From contig JBDGUI010000033.1 of NCBI GenBank assembly GCA_042216015.1, positions 3,571-14,780 on the forward strand: a stretch of 11,210 nt of DNA. The letters run 5' to 3'. Below, piece after piece: positions 1-6,951 of the stretch (position 1 is its first letter; each line of letters starts with the position of its first letter). The notes beneath the pieces are model-generated. The model saw only the letters and a program-made list of their open reading frames with translations, did not search any database and was not told the DNA's origin. The position numbers were made by a program, and so were the translations under genes. The stretch is from Halodesulfurarchaeum sp. Lineage in GTDB: Archaea; Halobacteriota; Halobacteria; Halobacteriales; Halobacteriaceae.

Positions 1-234
1 CCGGTCTGCAATTGACGTGTTGTCCGGTCTGCGGTCCCGATTCCTGCCCCATTCATCCATCGTTGGGGCCCCATCCCCCGATCCCGGATTTCTCCCAATC
101 CTGTCCCCTCCCACCCCCCCATTCGGGAATCGCGCGATTCGGGAGATGTGGGCACCGGTCACAGCCGATGGGGATCAACGGTGAGACAGTGCCCAGTCGG
201 GACGTTTTTGCACGCCACTGCGTAGAGAGGCACC

Positions 235-891
235 ATGGACGACGCCGACAACGAGGATCCCGAGGGCGATCGGAGCGAGGCCACTGGGCCGGAGGGGCCC
301 GAATCGGGCAGGGAAACGTCCCGGTCGCTCGACTGGCGCACCGACGACAGCGAGATCGCCTACCGGTGTCCCGGCTTTTCGATCGTCCACGAATCGGTGA
401 CACTCCCGGACGGCACTGAAACCGACTTCGATTACCTCCACGACGTTCCGAGTGTCGTCGTCATCCCGTTCACGCCCGATGGATCGGTCGTGGTCATCGA
501 TGAGTGGCGCCAGGCCCCAAAGCGAGTCGTCCACGGCTTCCCGGCCGGTGGCGTCGAGTCGGAGGAGGACTTATCCGCGGCTGCTAAGCGGGAACTGGCC
601 GAGGAAACGGGCTACAAGGCCGCCGAGGTGTCCCACCTCGATTCCTTCGAGCCGGCGACGGGAATCACCGACGCGGTCTTTCATTACTTCGTCGCGACGG
701 GCTGTCGACCGACCGCGACGCAGAGCCTGGACGAGGACGAGACGATTCGGGTCGAGGAGACGACCCTCGACGCGCTCATGGAGCGAATTCACACGGGCGA
801 CATACGCGACGGGCGAACCGCCCTGGGGTTGCTTCGGTTCGCGATGAGCGAAATGGGAGAGATGACTGTGAACCCGCCGGACGGGGACTGA
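235..891 (+). CDS. NUDIX hydrolase (ADP-ribose pyrophosphatase-like)
   Basis: Complete Nudix box GX5EX7REUXEEXGU (GGVESEEDLSAAAKRELAEETGY). The upstream 'SVVVIPF...VVVIDEWRQ' and downstream 'LDEDETIRV' segments resemble ADP-ribose pyrophosphatases. A T-run (205-209) lies about 27 nt before the ATG. Confidence 0.9.
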   Translation: MDDADNEDPEGDRSEATGPEGPESGRETSRSLDWRTDDSEIAYRCPGFSIVHESVTLPDGTETDFDYLHDVPSVVVIPFTPDGSVVVIDEWRQAPKRVVHGFPAGGVESEEDLSAAAKRELAEETGYKAAEVSHLDSFEPATGITDAVFHYFVATGCRPTATQSLDEDETIRVEETTLDALMERIHTGDIRDGRTALGLLRFAMSEMGEMTVNPPDGD

Positions 892-952
892 GGATCGAGC
901 CACTCGGGAGCCAAACACAACGGGTATGGCCCTTCCCAGGTAATACCCGGCA

Positions 953-2443
953 ATGGCGGGCCGCTTCGAGATTCGATCCCAGGACGCCGCCGGCCGGATC
1001 GGGAAGCTCTCGGTCCCGCGGGCCGACACGACCGTCGAGACCCCGGTGCTCCTCCCGGTCGTCAACCCGCACTACCGGACCATCGACCCGGCCCGACTGG
1101 CCGACTTCGGCGTGTCGATGCTCATCACGAACGCCTACATCATCTATCAGGACGGGGAACTCCGAGAACGGGCCGAGCGGGAGGGGCTCCACGCAGTGGT
1201 CGGGTTCGAGGGGCCGATCATGACCGACTCGGGCTCCTTTCAACTCGCCGAGTACGGTGACATCTCGGTCACGACCGAGGAGATCCTGGCGTTCCAGCAC
1301 GCGATCGGATCGGACATCGGCACGCCGGTGGACATCCCGACCCACCCCGATGCCGACCGCGAGACCGTCGAGGCGGACCTCGCGGAGACCGAGCGGCGCC
1401 TCGCTGTTGCCGAATCCGCAGAGACCGGTGACATGCTCGTGACGGCCCCGGTCCAGGGCGGAACGTTCGCCGACCTGCGTGAGGCGGCCGGGAGAAACGC
1501 GGCCGCGACGGATCTCGATGTGTTTCCGATCGGGGCCGTCGTGCCGCTCCTGAACAACTACCGCTACGCCGAGGTCGTCGACCTGATGATGGCCGCAAAG
1601 CGAGGGCTGGGCCCGGCCGCGCCGGTCCACCTCTTCGGTGCCGGCCATCCCATGACGTTCGCGCTCGCGGCCGCCATTGGGGCGGATCTCTTCGATTCGG
1701 CCGCCTACGCGCTGTTCGCCCGGGAGGGGCGGTATCTGACCGTTCGCGGAACCAGGCACCTCGAGGACCTGACCGAGTTTCCCTGTTCCTGTGCGGTCTG
1801 TGTCGAGCACGAACCCGACGACCTCCGGGAGATGGAGGAGCCACGCCGTACGCGCCTGCTCGCCGAGCACAACCTCCACGTCTCCCTCGCCGAGATCCGC
1901 CGGATCCGGGAGGCCATTCGGGAGGGGTCGCTGCTCGAACTGGTCGAGGCGCGGGCCCACGCCCACCCCAGCCTGCTCGACGGATATCGGACGCTCGTCG
2001 ACCACGCCGAGCAACTCGAATCAGGCGATCGGGCGAGCAAGTCGACGTTCTTCTACCTCTCGGAAGACAGCGCCCGCCGACCGGAGGTCATTCGTCATCA
2101 CGCACGGCTCGACCGGCTCGACGTCGAGGGATCGCTCCTGCTCACCGAGGGGAGCGACGACGACCGGTTCGACGCGACCTGGCGGCTCAAGCCACCCTTC
2201 GGCCCGGTCCCGCCCGGGCTCTCGACGACCTATCCGCTGACGGCCGAGGTCCCGGAGAAGATGGACGACTCGGGATATACCGCCGCCGCGAAGGGGATCG
2301 CCAGACTGGTCGAGGCAAATCCGGAGGCGTCCATCACGGTCGCGGTGTGGGACTGGCCGGAGCGGGCGCTCGCAGAACTCCCCGACGGGGTGGGCATCGA
2401 GCGGCTGGGGCCCGACCGGGACGATGCCGGGATGGGAAAATAA
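953..2443 (+). CDS. tgtA: tRNA-guanine(15) transglycosylase (ArcTGT, 7-cyano-7-deazaguanine tRNA-ribosyltransferase)
   Basis: TGT motifs: N-terminal '[17 protein letters not shown]', '[10 protein letters not shown]', 'PVQGG', 'VHLFGAGHP', 'DLFDSAAY' (catalytic Asp) and Zn site 'CSCAVC...HN'. Adjacent to arcS. Confidence 0.96.
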   Translation: MAGRFEIRSQDAAGRIGKLSVPRADTTVETPVLLPVVNPHYRTIDPARLADFGVSMLITNAYIIYQDGELRERAEREGLHAVVGFEGPIMTDSGSFQLAEYGDISVTTEEILAFQHAIGSDIGTPVDIPTHPDADRETVEADLAETERRLAVAESAETGDMLVTAPVQGGTFADLREAAGRNAAATDLDVFPIGAVVPLLNNYRYAEVVDLMMAAKRGLGPAAPVHLFGAGHPMTFALAAAIGADLFDSAAYALFAREGRYLTVRGTRHLEDLTEFPCSCAVCVEHEPDDLREMEEPRRTRLLAEHNLHVSLAEIRRIREAIREGSLLELVEARAHAHPSLLDGYRTLVDHAEQLESGDRASKSTFFYLSEDSARRPEVIRHHARLDRLDVEGSLLLTEGSDDDRFDATWRLKPPFGPVPPGLSTTYPLTAEVPEKMDDSGYTAAAKGIARLVEANPEASITVAVWDWPERALAELPDGVGIERLGPDRDDAGMGK

Positions 2444-2470
2444 TTCCCCGGCGACCACGCAGTGGGAGGC

Positions 2471-4228
2471 ATGACCGAGTATTTCGAGGTGCTCGACCGG
2501 GACGGGGCCGCCCGCGTCGGGGAACTCGGCCTCGCCGAGCCCCTGCAGACACCCGCGCTGATCGATGGGGCTCTGGAGGACGCCGGGAGTCTCTGGGCCG
2601 CGGAACGAGAGGTTCCGGCGGGTAGCGAGGACGAGCTCACTGTTCTGCCCCACCGAGCGTTCCCGCCGGGAACGCCGCGGGAGGTTCAGGCGGAACTCGA
2701 TGTGAATGCGCCGGCCGTCGACGGGCCGAGTGCAGCCGTCATCTCGCTGGAGACCGCGGGGAATCGGGGGACTGACGCGTACGTGCTGTCCGGCACTGGA
2801 CCGCTAATCGGCCACGCCCGAAAGTTCGTCCAGACGATGATCACGGTTCGACGCCACATTCCGGACGACACGGCGCTGCTGCTCTCGGGCGTCGCCCTGC
2901 CGATGAACGTCGGCCTGCTGGCCTACGCGGGGGTCGATCTGGTCGATGCAGACCGGGCGGTCGTCGCGGGGACCCAGGGCCGATATCTCGAGGGGACCGA
3001 GGAGACGCGCCTCGAGGAGCGGTCGGAGCTGTCCTGTGCCTGTCAGGCCTGCCGGCAATCCATCGGGAAATTCGACAGGAGGGACTGCGTCGATCACAAC
3101 GTGGCGGCCCTCGAGGCCGAGCTTGCGCGGGTCCGCGAACGCATCCGGCGGGGGCGGCTGCGGGAGTACCTGGAGGGACAGGCCAGACACGCCCCGTGGA
3201 TGACCGCCGCCCTGCGGCGGTTCGACCAGGAGGACGGATACGTGCGCGAGCGGACGCCGCTCTTCAGGCGGGCTGAGTTGCTCGCGACGACGGAGGATGC
3301 CCTCTTCCGGCCGGAGGTGACCCGCTTTGCCGACCGGCTGGCCGAGCGCTACCGGAATCGCTTCGAGGACGTCCCGCTGTTGCTCGTTCCGTGCTCGGCG
3401 AGAAAGCCGTACAGCGATTCGAAGAGCCACCGTCGGTTCCAGGAGGCAGCACGCTATCGCGGCCACAAGGTCTCGATCACGGCGCCCCTCGGGGTCGTTC
3501 CACAGGAGCTGGAGTTGACCTATCCAGCCCAGCACTACGACGCCGCGGTGACCCACGACTGGAGTGAGACCGAGATCGACGTCATCGCCGATCGGCTGGA
3601 GGCGCTGCTCGAGGCCACGGACTACTCCCGGGTGGTGGCACACGTCTCACCGGGCGGCGAGCGTCGGATCGTCGAGCGAGCACTCTCAGGGCGGGACCTC
3701 CCCGTCGAGTACACGGTCGGGGAGCACCCAACGGGGGGCGATTCGCTGGCGGCCCTCGGGGAGGCACTCGAGGGCGAGCGGACGATCCGGGTCGAAGAGA
3801 AGGAGCGAGCGACCCTGCGGGCCGTCGCGGACCATCAGTTCGGCGCCGGGGCCGGGGACACGCTTTTGGACGGATTCGACCTGCAGGGTCGGTATCCCCG
3901 GCTCCAGGCGCTCCGGAAGGACGGTGACCAGCTGGCCGCACTCGTCCCGCAATACGGCACGCTCGCGCTCTCCATCGCGGGTGCCAGACGGTGGGCCGAG
4001 AGCGACCTGCCCACGAAGCGGGTGGGGATCGACGCCTTCCGGCCCCACGGAACCGTTCTGGCCCCGGGCATCGTCGACGCCGACGAGTCGATCGGGGTCG
4101 GGGAGGAGGTCGTCATCGAGGGACCCGAGGCGTTCGGCATCGGGCGGGCGGAGATGCACGGCACGGCGATGGTCGAGAGCACCCGCGGCGAGGCCGTCGA
4201 CGTCCGACACGTCACCGATCCGCGGTAA
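2471..4228 (+). CDS. arcS: archaeosine synthase subunit alpha (ArcS, lysine transferase)
   Basis: Degenerate TGT-like N-terminus ('FEVLDRDGAARVG', 'CACQAC...HN'), ArcS motif 'LLVPCSARKPYSDSKSH', 'PLGVVPQELE..YPAQHYD', and a C-terminal PUA domain ('VLAPGIVDADESIGVGEEV'). Start placed at ATG 2471 behind GGAGG rather than at GTG 2462. Confidence 0.94.
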   Translation: MTEYFEVLDRDGAARVGELGLAEPLQTPALIDGALEDAGSLWAAEREVPAGSEDELTVLPHRAFPPGTPREVQAELDVNAPAVDGPSAAVISLETAGNRGTDAYVLSGTGPLIGHARKFVQTMITVRRHIPDDTALLLSGVALPMNVGLLAYAGVDLVDADRAVVAGTQGRYLEGTEETRLEERSELSCACQACRQSIGKFDRRDCVDHNVAALEAELARVRERIRRGRLREYLEGQARHAPWMTAALRRFDQEDGYVRERTPLFRRAELLATTEDALFRPEVTRFADRLAERYRNRFEDVPLLLVPCSARKPYSDSKSHRRFQEAARYRGHKVSITAPLGVVPQELELTYPAQHYDAAVTHDWSETEIDVIADRLEALLEATDYSRVVAHVSPGGERRIVERALSGRDLPVEYTVGEHPTGGDSLAALGEALEGERTIRVEEKERATLRAVADHQFGAGAGDTLLDGFDLQGRYPRLQALRKDGDQLAALVPQYGTLALSIAGARRWAESDLPTKRVGIDAFRPHGTVLAPGIVDADESIGVGEEVVIEGPEAFGIGRAEMHGTAMVESTRGEAVDVRHVTDPR

Positions 4229-4300
4229 CATGGGACCAGATTTCCATACCGCCGGGACGATGACGATACCTTTTCGGTCCTCGGCCACCGATCCGTTCGT

Positions 4301-4585
4301 ATGGCGATCAACCTCGGATACCTGGGCTTCGCCGCCATCGGTTGGGTGGTGCTCCTCGCGAGCCTCTGGCTCGTGATGAGAGTCAGACCGTGGCACTACC
4401 CGGTCAGGTACGTCGAGTTCGATTTCGGTGTGCGGGAGACCACCCAGCAACTCTTGAGCCGCGGCCCGTCGGGCAAGGAGCGCGAGGATCGGGAAACCCT
4501 TGAGGAGGAATCGGCCGAGGGGCTGTGGGACCGGGTCAAGATGGGGCTTTACACCTACCCGCTCCGGCCCTCCAAGGTCAAGTAA
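4301..4585 (+). CDS. small hypothetical membrane protein (one N-terminal transmembrane helix)
   Basis: 94 aa with a hydrophobic segment 'LGYLGFAAIGWVVLLASLWLVM' followed by a charged tail. It fills the gap between genes, and a T-run (4271-4274) lies about 28 nt before the ATG. Confidence 0.65.
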   Translation: MAINLGYLGFAAIGWVVLLASLWLVMRVRPWHYPVRYVEFDFGVRETTQQLLSRGPSGKEREDRETLEEESAEGLWDRVKMGLYTYPLRPSKVK

Positions 4586-4705
4586 ACCGAGTGGCCCGGG
4601 AATCGGCTCGTTCCCGTCTGTCGAAGCCGGGAGAGCCGTCGATCCGACTGGGAGTGACTCGCCGCCGACGGGGCGTTTTTGTGCCTGCGGTGTGGACTCG
4701 AGGGC

Positions 4706-5089
4706 ATGGAGGAACTTTCGCTGGGCGTCCCGCGCCAGATACTCGAGTCGCTTCCCGAAGACGGCGAGGACGCGGCCACGGACATGCAGACGGCCGTCGC
4801 AGCCTGGGAGGACCGGCTCAACGCGATCATCGAGGAGGCGCCGACCGACCAGGAGGCCGCAAGCGGCATCGTCGACGGCATCGACCGCCTCGAGGACCGA
4901 CGCGACAGGTACGACGACTTCGTCGTGGAACTCCGGGCCTGGGGGCAGTCGCCCATCTATGCGATCGCGTGGCGGAACCTCTACGGCGACCTCATCGCCC
5001 AGGTCTACGACCACGAGGGGATCGCCGAGACGATCGACCGGGAGCGAAACGCCCGGCTCGTCGAGGACGGAATCAGGCAAGGGCGATGA
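4706..5089 (+). CDS. hypothetical acidic, probably all-helical protein, first gene of the SAMP unit
   Basis: 127 aa from ATG 4706 (MEELSLGVPRQ...) with strongly halophilic composition. TTTTTG at 4676-4681 is at TATA distance. Its TGA overlaps the next ATG (ATGA, 5086-5089). Confidence 0.8.
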   Translation: MEELSLGVPRQILESLPEDGEDAATDMQTAVAAWEDRLNAIIEEAPTDQEAASGIVDGIDRLEDRRDRYDDFVVELRAWGQSPIYAIAWRNLYGDLIAQVYDHEGIAETIDRERNARLVEDGIRQGR

Positions 5090-5382
5090 CGACTGACGGG
5101 ACGATCGAACTCGAACTCAGGCTGTTTGCCACCTTCAGGGAGGCGGTTGGCCAGAAGACGATCACCCGCGAGTTCCCCGAATCGGTGACGGTGGGCGAAG
5201 TGCTTTCGGCCCTCGAGGAGGAATTCGAGGGGCTGGAGGATCAGCTCCTCGACGGGGAGGAGATCCAGCCCCAGCTCAACGTGCTGAAAAACGGGAAGGA
5301 GGTGCTTCACCTCGACGGGCTGGACGAAGGGCTCGCCACGGGGGATCGGCTCTCGCTGTTCCCGCCCGTCGCGGGTGGATAG
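5086..5382 (+). CDS. samp3: ubiquitin-like small archaeal modifier / MoaD-ThiS family sulfur carrier, SAMP3-like
   Basis: 98 aa beta-grasp signature 'ELELRLFATFREAVGQK...TVGEVL..LEEEF...NVLKNGKEV.HLDG......GDRLSLFPPVAGG' with C-terminal diglycine. From recall it is closer to Haloferax SAMP3 than to SAMP1. Confidence 0.88.
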   Translation: MTTDGTIELELRLFATFREAVGQKTITREFPESVTVGEVLSALEEEFEGLEDQLLDGEEIQPQLNVLKNGKEVLHLDGLDEGLATGDRLSLFPPVAGG

Positions 5383-5637
5383 ATGCGCGTGGAGCGCTCG
5401 TTTCGTGGCATCTCCCTTCGTCTCGCCCTGAAGTACATGGAGTCGGTCGGCGCGGAGACCGTCGGCGAGGACTTCGCCGAGGGCGACGGGTGGCGGGCCG
5501 ATCTCTCTGCGGAGAAAGTCGCGATCGGTCCCTCGCTCGAACTCACCGAGGTCACCGTCGTCTTCAAGGGCGAGGGGGACGTGCTCGAGGAGATCGTTCC
5601 CGCGTTCGCCAACAAAGCCATCCGCGCCGGCGGGTAG
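5383..5637 (+). CDS. small protein with C-terminal diglycine (RAGG), resembling the C-terminal (DUF1952-like) domain of the Thermus MoaD-related protein
   Basis: 84 aa. The ATG directly follows the SAMP stop in the same frame (GGT GGA TAG ATG) and the protein ends ...NKAIRAGG. The family assignment comes from recalled sequence similarity only. Confidence 0.78.
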   Translation: MRVERSFRGISLRLALKYMESVGAETVGEDFAEGDGWRADLSAEKVAIGPSLELTEVTVVFKGEGDVLEEIVPAFANKAIRAGG

Positions 5638-5669
5638 GCGACAACAACCGCTATCGATTCCCGGAAGGA

Positions 5670-5960
5670 GTGTCAAGGGAGTGTAGGAGCCATCCGCAAC
5701 TCGACGTCCTCTTCGAGGACGAGTTCTCCCGGTTCGTCGCCGACGGACTCAGGCCCGAGGTCGTCATGAACGTTTCACCGGACCGGATCAACCTCGGAAT
5801 CCGGTCAGCCGACGGCTCGGCCGACGTCTTCCTCGGCGGGCTCTCGGTTTCTGAGGCGCGGTCGCTCAAAGCGACGATCGAAACGGTGATCGAGACAGTC
5901 GAGGGGGAGGGAGGCCTGGCAACGCTGACGGCGATCGACCCGAACGTTCCGGAGGACTGA
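5670..5960 (+). CDS. hypothetical protein (start uncertain: GTG 5670 or ATG 5766)
   Basis: The C-terminal part of ORF 5490..5960 has acidic, protein-like composition (LDVLFEDEFSRF...LSVSEARSLKATIETVIE), fills the gap and ends 9 nt before the convergent panB stop. Confidence 0.5.
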   Translation: MSRECRSHPQLDVLFEDEFSRFVADGLRPEVVMNVSPDRINLGIRSADGSADVFLGGLSVSEARSLKATIETVIETVEGEGGLATLTAIDPNVPED

Positions 5961-5969
5961 TCCGGTCGC

Positions 5970-6782
5970 CTACTCCCATCCGTCGATCGGCTCCTCGACG
6001 TAGTGATCCTCGGCGGGGAAGCTCCCCGACTCGACCTCCTCACGATACGACTCGATTCCCCGCTCCATCTCGCGCTGTACGTCCGCGTACTGCTTGGCGA
6101 AGGGCGGTACCCAGTCCCCGACCCCGAGCACGTCCGTGATGATCAGGCCCTGGCCGCTCACGTCCGGGCCGGCCCCGATACCGATCGTCGGGATGTCGAG
6201 TTCCTCGGTGACTCGCCGGGCGACGTTCGCCGGAATGTGCTCGAGGAGGAGCGAGAAAGCGCCGGCCTCCTCGTGCGCCCTCGCGAGTTCCATGATCTCC
6301 TCCGCCTCCTCGGCCTCGGTCGCGCGGCGGGTGAGATCCCCGGTCTCGTTCACCTTCTGCGGGCTCAACCCGAGGTGGGCCATCACCGGGATGCCGTTCT
6401 GGACCAGTCGCTCGGTCAACTCGATCGTGTTGTGGCCGCTCTCGTGTTTGATCGCCTGGGCGCCGGCCTCCTTGAGCATGCGTCCGGCCGTCTCGATCGC
6501 CTCGTCCTGGTCTGCCCCGTAGCTCATGAAGGGCATATCGGCGATCACCAGGGCGTCCTCCGTGGCGCGGGTGACCGCCCCGGTGTGACTCAGGATCTCC
6601 TCGACGGTGACCGGGAGGGTCGAGTCGTACCCGAGCATCGTGTTGCCGACGCTGTCGCCGACGAGAATCATGTCGATGCCGGCCTCGTCGACGGCTGCGG
6701 CCGTGGGGGCGTCGTAGGCGGTCAGAAAGGTCAGCGGTCGATCCGCGTCGTCGTGCGCGCGAATGTCGGCGACGGTTGGCAT
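5970..6782 (-). CDS. panB: 3-methyl-2-oxobutanoate hydroxymethyltransferase (ketopantoate hydroxymethyltransferase)
   Basis: Motifs 'LTAYDA', 'ILVGDS', 'IADMPFMSY', 'GIPVMAHLGL', 'AGAFSLLLE', 'PTIGIGAG..SGQ'. Start placed at ATG 6782, about 27 nt downstream of a minus-strand CTTATT. Confidence 0.96.
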   Translation of the reverse strand: MPTVADIRAHDDADRPLTFLTAYDAPTAAAVDEAGIDMILVGDSVGNTMLGYDSTLPVTVEEILSHTGAVTRATEDALVIADMPFMSYGADQDEAIETAGRMLKEAGAQAIKHESGHNTIELTERLVQNGIPVMAHLGLSPQKVNETGDLTRRATEAEEAEEIMELARAHEEAGAFSLLLEHIPANVARRVTEELDIPTIGIGAGPDVSGQGLIITDVLGVGDWVPPFAKQYADVQREMERGIESYREEVESGSFPAEDHYVEEPIDGWE

Positions 6783-6951
6783 ACTACCCATCAATTAGCC
6801 CGACCCAATAAGAGCCCTGCATCCGTCGAAACCTGCCAGCGGCTCGGCTCGCGATCGGTGTCGAAGTCGTTTTGGTGCGAAATTCGGTGGCGGTGACACG
6901 GGTCGTGGTGTGTCTGCCGGCGGGACTGGGACCAGGTGCCCCAACCGGTCC

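Noticed and set aside
105..120. G-string as part of a haloarchaeal replication origin ORB element
   Set aside because: No TTCCAC...GAAAC core next to it and no orc1/cdc6 gene in the window.
4525..5085. Arg-rich N-terminal extension of the SAMP ORF (285 aa)
   Set aside because: It overlaps the acidic 4706-5089 gene in another frame and has non-halophilic composition. The ATGA overlap at 5086 gives a natural start.
5380..5382. Pyrrolysine decoding of the in-frame TAG after SAMP
   Set aside because: No pyl genes are in view and Halobacteria are not known to use pyrrolysine. The following ATG and the need for a free C-terminal GG favour a true stop with reinitiation.
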